This document shows positions 9,325-16,058 of a DNA stretch of 24,363 nucleotides, one piece after another. The position numbers were made by a program, and so were the translations under genes. The stretch comes from a virus (taxonomy: Duplodnaviria > Caudoviricetes): positions 1 to 24,363 of the IMG/VR virus record IMGVR_UViG_3300044878_000092, one strand, 5' to 3'. The notes beneath the pieces were generated by a model. The model saw only the letters and a list, made by a program, of their open reading frames with translations, searched no databases and had not been told where the DNA came from. Each line of letters opens with the position of its first letter. The stretch's first letter is position 1.

Positions 9325-9876
9325 ATGCCAATCACCCAGCAACAGCTTCTGCAGATCCTCCCGAGCGCCGGCAAACAAGCCGGCGTTTTTGCGTCCGCAC
9401 TTACCCTGGCCATGGATCGGTTCCAGATCAACACGCGGCTGCGCATGGCCGCCTTCATTGCCCAGGTCGGTCATGAGTCCGGCCAGTTCCGCTACGTGCG
9501 TGAGCTGGGCGGCGACCAGTACCTGAGCAAGTACGACACCGGCACGCTTGCTGCACGCTTGGGCAACACGCCCGAGGCTGACGGTGATGGTCAACGCTAC
9601 CGTGGCCGTGGATTGATTCAGATAACGGGCCACGACAACTACCTCGCGTGCAGCAAGGCGCTGTTCGGTGACGACCGCCTGCTGCGCACCCCTGAGCTCC
9701 TGGAGCAGGCCGAGTGGGCGTGCAAGTCGGCGGCCTGGTTCTGGAATTCGCGCAATCTGAATGCATTGGCCGATGCCAGCGACTTCAACGGGGTCACCCG
9801 TCGCATCAACGGTGGTCTGAATGGGCTGGCTGAGCGCTTGGAGTTCTACCAGCGCGCCCTGAAGGTTCTTTCGTAG
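9325..9876 (+). CDS. Endolysin, glycoside hydrolase family 19 (chitinase-like lysozyme)
   Basis: GGAG RBS then MPITQQQLLQILP; motifs AAFIAQVGHESG, YRGRGLIQITG, SAAWFW, TRRINGGLNGLAER. Confidence 0.93.
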   Translation: MPITQQQLLQILPSAGKQAGVFASALTLAMDRFQINTRLRMAAFIAQVGHESGQFRYVRELGGDQYLSKYDTGTLAARLGNTPEADGDGQRYRGRGLIQITGHDNYLACSKALFGDDRLLRTPELLEQAEWACKSAAWFWNSRNLNALADASDFNGVTRRINGGLNGLAERLEFYQRALKVLS

Positions 9877-9908
9877 TTGGGGTTTGAGTCGGCAGAACGC
9901 CGTGGATG

Positions 9909-9930
9909 TGGAGCCCGAGGGCTCCATTTT
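9909..9930 (+). terminator. Hairpin terminator between the convergent endolysin and acyltransferase genes
   Basis: TGGAGCC-CGAG-GGCTCCA followed by TTTT. Confidence 0.6.
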
Positions 9931-9935
9931 GACTA

Positions 9936-10970
9936 TCAGGCTGCTTGCTTTCGCTGGATTCGCTGAAGCAGGGAATCCGCAGAGACTGATTTCGGCGGGG
10001 CCAGAAGTGCGCCGAGCCGGTAACGCTTGATGATGACCTGGGCGAGCAATGGCGCGGCGATGCCGATCAGGGTGCCGATGATCAGGTGCGCTGCCGGCGA
10101 CTGAATGCCCATGAGCTTGCTCAGCACCACGCGCACACCGCTGCCGGCAATGACGTGCATCAGGTAAATGGTCATCGAGGTAGCACCGATATGCATCAGC
10201 CCCTTTAGGCTCAAGCGGCTCAGGGTCATCGACAGCGCAATCACGAAGCCGATGGAGACCGTGGCCAGGGCCAGCGAGGCCACGCCTTTATCCTCATACA
10301 GTAGGCCCATGGGGCCGTGGAACAGATACTGGCCCAGCACAAAGAGCGCGCCCAACGTGCCAGTCAGGGCGGCGTAGTGCTTCTCGAACAGGGCTTTGAT
10401 GTCGTCAAAGCAAATCCCGAGGATGAAGAAGAAGGCATTGCCCAGGATAAACGTGCTGAGCATGCTCTTCGGCAGATCGCCTTGGATGATGTACAGGGCG
10501 CCGAAGGCTGCCAGCAGCAAGGCGCTGCGCGACTTATCGAAGAGCGTGAACAAGACCGAGCTGATGACGAACACCAGGAACAGCGCATACAGGAACCAGA
10601 ACTGCGCCCGTGGCTCCCACGCCAGCGACAGAACCTCGCTGAATGTCACGCTGCCATTTGTATACTTGGACAGGATGCTCTCAAGTGAGCCCTGTAGCAG
10701 CGACCATATAATGTACGGATACAATATGGTATCGACCTTGTTAACAATCAGGCCGGTGGCGCCGCGACTTTTAAACGAGTTGTAGAAAAACAGGCCAGAG
10801 AGGAAAAAGAACAGCGGCATGTGGAAGCTGTAGATGATGCTGTCCACCAGCTGAAACAGGTTCTCGTCCATTTGCGCGCCAGCCTTGTGCACGCCTCGCG
10901 CCACGTGCCCGTACACCACCAAGATGATGCCGATCGCCTTCGCGTAATCGACCCATGAATTCCTTTCCAT
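9936..10970 (-). CDS. Acyltransferase family 3 membrane protein (probable O-antigen/surface polysaccharide O-acetyltransferase, lysogenic conversion gene)
   Basis: 344 aa, about 10 hydrophobic segments; R..WVDYAKAIGIILVVYGH, YSFHMPLFFFLSG, WFLYALF and SMTIYLMH are Acyl_transf_3 motifs; GAGGA RBS. Confidence 0.88.
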   Translation of the reverse strand: MERNSWVDYAKAIGIILVVYGHVARGVHKAGAQMDENLFQLVDSIIYSFHMPLFFFLSGLFFYNSFKSRGATGLIVNKVDTILYPYIIWSLLQGSLESILSKYTNGSVTFSEVLSLAWEPRAQFWFLYALFLVFVISSVLFTLFDKSRSALLLAAFGALYIIQGDLPKSMLSTFILGNAFFFILGICFDDIKALFEKHYAALTGTLGALFVLGQYLFHGPMGLLYEDKGVASLALATVSIGFVIALSMTLSRLSLKGLMHIGATSMTIYLMHVIAGSGVRVVLSKLMGIQSPAAHLIIGTLIGIAAPLLAQVIIKRYRLGALLAPPKSVSADSLLQRIQRKQAA

Positions 10971-11010
10971 TTAAAAATCCTCAAGTGCTCTTGAAAGTTC
11001 GGCTGCATTG

Positions 11011-11034
11011 TACGCAGCGCCGCATCGCTGCGTA
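11011..11034. repeat. Perfect 9-bp inverted repeat upstream of the acyltransferase, overlapping a TACAAT -10-like hexamer on the minus strand
   Basis: TACGCAGCG-CCGCAT-CGCTGCGTA. Confidence 0.5.
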
Positions 11035-11049
11035 GGTCAGTTTTCACAT

Positions 11050-11070
11050 CCGGGGGATTTAAACCCCCGG
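11050..11070. other. Candidate attP core (dyad around a 7-bp spacer)
   Basis: CCGGGGG-ATTTAAA-CCCCCGG in the non-coding gap between the moron and the early-left genes; resembles a tRNA/tmRNA T-arm; GCTGAAA direct repeats at 11108 and 11119. Confidence 0.45.
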
Positions 11071-11155
11071 TCGGTCGTTGTATTCCGTGGCTCGTAGCGG
11101 TGTGGTAGCTGAAAAGCTGCTGAAACCGCATTTAGGCGTGACTGATAGTCCCTTT

Positions 11156-11779
11156 CTAGTCACCCGTTTTTTTGTCGTCGGAAATAGCGTTACGGGCCAG
11201 CCGACGAGCTTCGTCCTGTTTTAGTGAATTTCCACCGGGAACCCATGGCACGAATCCTTCTTGTTCAGACCAGCCTTTATAAATATCCTGCGCGGCGCGC
11301 TCAGTAGGGTCTTCCTGATTAGTGCGCAGCGGACTACCTTGCAGGCCTTTGCGCTTCAAGTAGTCCAGTGCTTTTTCTGGAAGGTCGTTGTCTGGAGCGG
11401 CTTTGCGCAGGCGATGGACTAGTTGACGAACAAGGGCCGACAAGTCGTCCACGCAAGGGGTTCCCTTGCGCAGGGCCTCATTCTCGGACTTGAGTTGGTC
11501 AGCCAAATGCCACGGAGTCCAATAACCATCGTCCATTGGCGTCGCCAGTGGCTGCTGCGGACCATTCCAGCGCAACCCATACCGTGGCAATCCCTCACCT
11601 TCAGGAGGTCGAGGCGGAAAGCCTGGATGAATGCCCTTGAGCTGGTCGATCTCCGCGAGCAGGGCCAGGACATCAGAAGCTGCCACTGGAATTGCTGGGA
11701 TAGGATCGAACTCGGCACCGGAATGCTCGGACATCAGTTGCTCGGCCCGAGACTTCATCTTTGCTTTATCGACGGTCAT
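11156..11779 (-). CDS. Ead/Ea22-like mosaic protein
   Basis: N-terminus MTVDKAKMK...DVLALLAEIDQLK is Ead/Ea22-like; ATGA-coupled to the upstream gene. Confidence 0.6.
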   Translation of the reverse strand: MTVDKAKMKSRAEQLMSEHSGAEFDPIPAIPVAASDVLALLAEIDQLKGIHPGFPPRPPEGEGLPRYGLRWNGPQQPLATPMDDGYWTPWHLADQLKSENEALRKGTPCVDDLSALVRQLVHRLRKAAPDNDLPEKALDYLKRKGLQGSPLRTNQEDPTERAAQDIYKGWSEQEGFVPWVPGGNSLKQDEARRLARNAISDDKKTGD

Positions 11780-11934
11780 TGCGCTTCTCCATCAATCGAA
11801 TAGCCGAAATTGCATTTGCTGAAAAAAGCCTCCTCTGCCGACTGAGCGATCTGCTCTGGCGTGCTGTCGTCATCAAGGTCGAATTCGACTGTCTCGCTCC
11901 CACTGGGCCACTCACAGTGAACTTCAATTCTCAT
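11776..11934 (-). CDS. Small acidic hypothetical protein, 52 aa (not in the ORF track)
   Basis: MRIEVHCEWPSGSETVEFDLDDDSTPEQIAQSAEEAFFSKCNFGYSIDGEAQ; ATGA overlaps at both ends. Confidence 0.75.
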   Translation of the reverse strand: MRIEVHCEWPSGSETVEFDLDDDSTPEQIAQSAEEAFFSKCNFGYSIDGEAQ

Positions 11935-12698
11935 TGCGCGCTCTCCTTGTTGGCCGGCTCAATCTTGATGCCCATGGCTATGGCTTGGTTGCGCCGAACT
12001 TCTTCAGGACTTGGTCCCTTGCTCAGCTTAAGGGCAAGCTCTGCCATCTCGGCAGGGATTGGTCCGGCCTTAGATGGCTCGGCTGGATCTGGCAGAGCTT
12101 CGACGATCTGGCGGATATACGTCGGCGCCGTCGTGTTGGTGGACATCGCAAGGCACGGGATGATCTGGCGCAGCAGAGACTCGTAACACGCATTCCGCTG
12201 CTCGGCGGCGGTCAGGCGCTGCTTCAACTTGTTTTGCATGGTCGCCTTGGAAATGGTCATGGAGTTCAACCGTTCGAAAGTTTCGTTGGCTCGGTACGCC
12301 ACATCGTTTTTCTCGCGACTGACCTTGGCCAGTTCTTCCCGCAAAGCATGCTCGCGCTCGCCCGCAGCCGCGTAGGCTTCACGCAGCTGCTCGACCTCGC
12401 CGGCATCGGATCGGGTGAAGAGTGGAACCAAGTTGCCCTTTGGTGATTGCTCCCCGAAGGCGTAGCAGCACTCGTCCCCTCGAAGCGTTGCCAGCACATC
12501 CGGCTTGATCCACGCCGCCGGCTGCGCCTCGACTGTCAGCCGCTCGGCTGCCGACTCAAGCAACTGGCGGGCCAGGCCGCATACGCCGTTCGGCACCAGC
12601 GCGCCTTTGCTATCGAGGGCCAGTAGCGACTTGATGCTGTCGACCAGTTTTGCGTTGTCGCCCTTGAAGCTGTACGGCGTGTTCTCTTCCTTGCTCAT
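11931..12698 (-). CDS. Hypothetical phage protein with coiled-coil (Eaa/Ea22-like accessory type)
   Basis: 255 aa from ATG 12698 with AAGGGG RBS; QPAAW and QRLTAAEQRN segments typical of Pseudomonas phage early accessory proteins. Confidence 0.65.
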   Translation of the reverse strand: MSKEENTPYSFKGDNAKLVDSIKSLLALDSKGALVPNGVCGLARQLLESAAERLTVEAQPAAWIKPDVLATLRGDECCYAFGEQSPKGNLVPLFTRSDAGEVEQLREAYAAAGEREHALREELAKVSREKNDVAYRANETFERLNSMTISKATMQNKLKQRLTAAEQRNACYESLLRQIIPCLAMSTNTTAPTYIRQIVEALPDPAEPSKAGPIPAEMAELALKLSKGPSPEEVRRNQAIAMGIKIEPANKESAQ

Positions 12699-12713
12699 CA
12701 CTCACCCCTTCGT

Positions 12714-12944
12714 TTATTTGTCGCCGGACTGCCCGGCCTCATTTGCCAGCGCCTCAAGCGCGAACTGCACGGTGTACGGTGCTTTGCGGTACGTTTCGTG
12801 GTCGGTGGCCACCAGGTAGTAGCGCAGCGCCCGGTCACTCATGCCGAGGGCGGCGGCTGCCTTTCGCTGGCTGATGCCGGCCTTATCCAGCAACCCGCGC
12901 AGATACGCCGGGTCTGGGTTGTAGGTTGTTGCGTCTGGCTTCAT
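12714..12944 (-). CDS. aca1: Anti-CRISPR-associated HTH repressor Aca1
   Basis: MKPDATTYNPDPAYLRGLLDKAGISQRKAAAALGMSDRALRYYL...YRKAPYTVQFALEALAN closely follows the P. aeruginosa phage JBD30 Aca1 sequence as I recall it (PDPRYLRGLLKKAGISQRRAAELLGLSDRVMRYYL...YRPAPYTVQFALECLAN). Confidence 0.9.
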   Translation of the reverse strand: MKPDATTYNPDPAYLRGLLDKAGISQRKAAAALGMSDRALRYYLVATDHETYRKAPYTVQFALEALANEAGQSGDK

Positions 12945-12968
12945 TGCGACTGACTCGCTGTGATTGGT

Positions 12969-12990
12969 AAAGCCCCGGCTAAGGGGCTCT
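12969..12990 (-). terminator. Hairpin with short U-tract between the candidate acr and aca1
   Basis: Minus strand AGAGCCCC-TTAGCC-GGGGCTTT; possibly a leaky terminator. Confidence 0.45.
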
Positions 12991-13001
12991 ACTGCGGGCG
13001 A

Positions 13002-13181
13002 TCATGGAAGAGAAAGCTTTGCCAGCGACCTGGCTGCTTCGAGGTGGTAGCGAACATCACGGACCTGGCCAGGAACGTAGCCGCCGATAAACCCTTGGCC
13101 ATCGACTTTTGCTGCCAAGTGGCAATTCAATGCGCCCTTCAGCCATTGCATTGCTTCGTTCAGATGGTAGGCCTTGGTCAT
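13002..13181 (-). CDS. Candidate anti-CRISPR / anti-defence protein, 59 aa
   Basis: MTKAYHLNEAMQWLKGALNCHLAAKVDGQGFIGGYVPGQVRDVRYHLEAARSLAKLSLP; GGAG RBS 9 nt upstream; only gene between the promoter and aca1. Function inferred by association only. Confidence 0.7.
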   Translation of the reverse strand: MTKAYHLNEAMQWLKGALNCHLAAKVDGQGFIGGYVPGQVRDVRYHLEAARSLAKLSLP

Positions 13182-13229
13182 ACGATAATGCTCCGCTATT
13201 CGCCGCGCCGGTGTGGCTGGCATGGGCTT

Positions 13230-13258
13230 ACTATAGGAACTATATTCCTATCTTGCAA
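13230..13258 (-). promoter_or_regulatory. Strong sigma70 promoter with an Aca1-type operator in the spacer
   Basis: Minus strand TTGCAA-17 bp-TATAGT; inverted repeat ATAGGAA-CTATA-TTCCTAT at 13233-13251. Confidence 0.85.
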
Positions 13259-13355
13259 GAGCCTGAGCAGGATATTTTTCAGCGCTGCCAAACATCGCCG
13301 CCGCCTTATCCCCCGACGAGTCGCCATCGGTTGGAATCCAGCGCCCGTATACCCG
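13248..13355 (-). pseudogene. Orphaned second copy of the integrase C-terminus
   Basis: Directly after the HNH stop the minus strand reads RVYGRWIPTDGDSSGDKAAAMFGSAEKYPAQALAR*, homologous to the integrase tail RIYGRWMPSADPEAGSKANKLYGAKDD. Confidence 0.8.
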
Positions 13356-13862
13356 CTAAGTCTCTTCGAAGAGACCCATAACAGGCGTATCAATCTTGCA
13401 AAACTCAGGTACGTGCTTTGCGGCAAGCGAGGCGTATGCTACAGCTGCATCCTGGGCGTTGTGGAAGTATCCGCGCTTAAACTCCCTGCCGAGTACGACT
13501 ATTTTCGCAAACCATCGTTTCCGATCCTTGCTCCAGTACACGCCTTTGTGGCCGGATGTATTGTGGTTGCCCGGGCCTTTGTTGTGCATGTTTTGAGATG
13601 GGCTCGCCAGCCTGAGGTTTGATCGCGTGTTGTTTAGGCCGTTCCCGTCAATGTGATCGACCTGCATATTGGCCGGGCAATTCATTAGGACCCTGTGAAG
13701 GTATCCTCTCTTTTGTTTTGCGGCGCCTCGCCCCTTTGGTGTGGTTCTGATGTAGGTATTGGTCCCTTTCCGGTCGACGGCCAATGAATACTTCTCCATC
13801 ACCCAGGCATCGGCCTCATCAAGCAGAAGCACTTCCCCGCCCGTGAATTCTCTCTGAATCAT
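13356..13862 (-). CDS. HNH-AP2 homing endonuclease
   Basis: LHRVLM...VDHIDGNGLNNTRSNLRLAS.SQN..N (HNH) plus SGHKGVYW...RW.AKI......GYF.NAQDAAVAY (AP2). Start probably ATG 13862 (GGAG RBS) or 13874; overlaps the integrase 3' end. Confidence 0.9.
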   Translation of the reverse strand: MIQREFTGGEVLLLDEADAWVMEKYSLAVDRKGTNTYIRTTPKGRGAAKQKRGYLHRVLMNCPANMQVDHIDGNGLNNTRSNLRLASPSQNMHNKGPGNHNTSGHKGVYWSKDRKRWFAKIVVLGREFKRGYFHNAQDAAVAYASLAAKHVPEFCKIDTPVMGLFEET

Positions 13863-15003
13863 CTTTCGCTCCATAAAGTTTGTTTGCCTTGGATCCGGCT
13901 TCAGGGTCAGCCGATGGCATCCATCGACCGTAAATCCTGCTAATCATGAGAAATGATGCGTGCCCCATCTGCTTGGCCACCCACATAGGATGCTCGCCCG
14001 CGCTCAGCATCATTGAGGCGTAGGTGTGCCGGGTCTGGTACGGGTTCCGGTAGCGCACGCCTGCCCGGCGGATGGTCGGCCCCCAGAATGACTTCCTGAT
14101 CTCCTGGTCGCCATTGAATGCCCGGTTGTGCCTCGGGTCGTGGAATACGGCCTTCCCTTCTATATAGGTGTGCTCGCGCTGGGCCTTCAGTGCCTCGAAC
14201 GACATGGGCAGCAGGCGCACGCTACGCACCCCGGCCGCTGTCTTCGGCGTCTCTGCCTCGCTGGCCGCCGCCGTCAGCCCCCGCGACACCCTCACTTCCC
14301 CGCGATGCCAATCAATGTCGCCCCACTCCAGCGCGACCAGCTCCGACGTTCGCAGGCCGGTCCAGAAGGCGAACTGCAACAGGTTCCGATACTGCCCGGT
14401 CGCTGCCGCCAGAATGGCCCGCTGCTCGTCCGGACTGAATGGGTCGATCTCGTCCTCGGTGCGCGGCCTTCCCTTCACTGAATACGTCCAGCCTGCCAAC
14501 GGGTTCGACTCGATCAACTCGTCGTCCACGGCATCGCTCAGGGCTGACCGGAGGCAGCTTTGCACGTTGGCCAGCCGCTTGTTCGTCGCCGACATCTTGG
14601 CCATGGCCGCCTTGACCTCTTTGCGCGTGACCGATGCCAGCGCCAGGCTACCCAGCGCCGGGACCAGAACCCCCGCAACGATCTTGCGGTAACCGTCCAG
14701 CGTCGAAGCCTTCAGGATTCCGGCCTTTCGCTCAAGCCACTCATCCAGGTACTGGCCCAGCGGAACCTGCCCGGACTGGCCGACAGCCGATGCCGCCCGC
14801 TTCGACCGGGGAAACGCCTCAGCATATTCAAACTCGCCCCGGTGAATCGCCAGGTCGATCGAGGCCTTCTGCTGCTGCGCCCGCTTCAGGTTGGCCGGCG
14901 TAGGCTCCAGCGGCAGGCGCTCACGGCACTGCTTGCCGTCGACCATGAACGAGATCTCGATACTGCTTTTCGATGCCGCACGCACCCCGCGCTTCGCAGC
15001 CAT
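13819..15003 (-). CDS. int: Tyrosine integrase with N-terminal Arm-DNA-binding (DUF3596-type) domain
   Basis: SIEISFMVDGKQCRERL...TPANLKRA N-terminus; catalytic motifs TGLRTSE, PKT, PYQTRHTYAS, QMGH, RIYGRW. Confidence 0.93.
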   Translation of the reverse strand: MAAKRGVRAASKSSIEISFMVDGKQCRERLPLEPTPANLKRAQQQKASIDLAIHRGEFEYAEAFPRSKRAASAVGQSGQVPLGQYLDEWLERKAGILKASTLDGYRKIVAGVLVPALGSLALASVTRKEVKAAMAKMSATNKRLANVQSCLRSALSDAVDDELIESNPLAGWTYSVKGRPRTEDEIDPFSPDEQRAILAAATGQYRNLLQFAFWTGLRTSELVALEWGDIDWHRGEVRVSRGLTAAASEAETPKTAAGVRSVRLLPMSFEALKAQREHTYIEGKAVFHDPRHNRAFNGDQEIRKSFWGPTIRRAGVRYRNPYQTRHTYASMMLSAGEHPMWVAKQMGHASFLMISRIYGRWMPSADPEAGSKANKLYGAKDDSERIHGRGSASA

Positions 15004-15069
15004 ACGCCACCCCTGACGAATTCGTTTTCATTGGCCGACAGTTTAGACCTGTGCCGCGCGTGGCGGCTG

Positions 15070-15861
15070 TTAGGCTGTTGCAAACATGTCGATTTGCTGT
15101 GCTGCAGCGTCTCGGTTTTCGATAGCCTCCACTATCCTGCGATGGGCCGTATCGAAGTAGCCAAGCCGGTTTCCGTTCTCGTCTAGGTCGCGCTCGATGC
15201 CAATGAAGCGGCGGCCAAGTTGCATGCAGGCCACGCCTGTCGAGCCGCTGCCCATTGAATTGTCCAGCACCATATGACCCGGCTTGGTGTATGTCCTTAT
15301 CAAAAACTCCATCCATGCAACGGGCTTCTGAGTCGGATGAAAGCTGCCGGACTGTTTGTCGCTCGAGAAGAACTGCACCGATCGCGGGTACCGATCTGTC
15401 GAGTCGTATTCGGACAGAGCCAGGGCTTTGCCGTAGCACTCCGAGTTGACCGTCTTGCGCTTGCTGGTCTTGCGTTCATGCCCACTCGACATCTGCGGGG
15501 TATACACTGGCTGCTGGCGGTAGAAGACCTGGGCGCTTTCATGCGCACGAAGCGGCTGTTTTTTTGCGTTCAGGAAGCCAGTGGCGTTGCCTTTCTCCCA
15601 AATCCACTCATACCGGTAGTGCCTTGGATTGCTGGCCACGCACAGCGAAGAGAAGGGCTGGGCTGCGCATAGAACAATGGCTGCCTCAGGCCTGGCGATC
15701 CGCAGATACTCGCGCCACAGTGGCTCGAAGGGGATTATCACGTCCCAGGCGCACTGGGTTGTTCCGTATGGAAGGTCGGCCAGCACCATGTCGACGCTGG
15801 CGTCTGGCAAATTCTTCATCACCTCCAAGCAGTCGCCGAGATAGAGTTCGTATTCGCTCAT
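15070..15861 (-). CDS. Orphan DNA methyltransferase (N6-adenine/N4-cytosine, beta class)
   Basis: GDCLEVM, DLPYG (motif IV), HPTQKP, VLDNSMGSGSTGVAC (motif I); no cognate restriction gene nearby. Confidence 0.9.
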   Translation of the reverse strand: MSEYELYLGDCLEVMKNLPDASVDMVLADLPYGTTQCAWDVIIPFEPLWREYLRIARPEAAIVLCAAQPFSSLCVASNPRHYRYEWIWEKGNATGFLNAKKQPLRAHESAQVFYRQQPVYTPQMSSGHERKTSKRKTVNSECYGKALALSEYDSTDRYPRSVQFFSSDKQSGSFHPTQKPVAWMEFLIRTYTKPGHMVLDNSMGSGSTGVACMQLGRRFIGIERDLDENGNRLGYFDTAHRRIVEAIENRDAAAQQIDMFATA

Positions 15862-16058
15862 CACTCAATCCCCTTGTAGTTGGTGCTGATCCGATCAGCC
15901 ACGGCTTCCAGCCTCTCGGCCATCGACCACATATCGTTATTGTCCCGGCGCGATACGACCCGGCACCGGTGGACGTTGCGGCCTATCAGGATCTTGGCGG
16001 CCAGCCGGATAAGCCAGGCTTCGACCTTTCGGCGCAGAAGGCCGTCGCGCGGGATCAT
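15861..16058 (-). CDS. Hypothetical phage protein, 65 aa
   Basis: ATGA-coupled start at 16058 (MIPRDGLLRR); stop overlaps the methyltransferase start. Confidence 0.6.
   Translation of the reverse strand: MIPRDGLLRRKVEAWLIRLAAKILIGRNVHRCRVVSRRDNNDMWSMAERLEAVADRISTNYKGIE

Noticed and set aside
9211-9927. 238-aa ORF antisense to the endolysin, considered as a hidden spanin or holin
   Set aside because: No lipobox or transmembrane segment and no RBS; typical shadow ORF of a GC-rich gene.
11050-11070. Possible tRNA or tmRNA gene
   Set aside because: Only one arm-like dyad; no cloverleaf, acceptor stem or CCA end.
12945-13001. Possible solitary CRISPR repeat (RNA anti-CRISPR, Racr) in the aca1 operon
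   Set aside because: The hairpin does not resemble type I-F (GTTCACTGCC...AGAAA), I-E (GTGTTCCCC...AACCG) or I-C (GTCGCGCC...GAAAC) repeats.
13182-13223. Longer 73-aa version of the candidate acr starting at 13223
   Set aside because: That ATG lies at the predicted transcription start with no RBS, while ATG 13181 has GGAG at good spacing; a leaderless start is not fully excluded.
13356-13940. Group I intron or intein carrying the HNH gene
   Set aside because: The insert is entirely coding, leaving no space for a ribozyme core; the HNH gene is out of frame with int and lacks intein terminal motifs.
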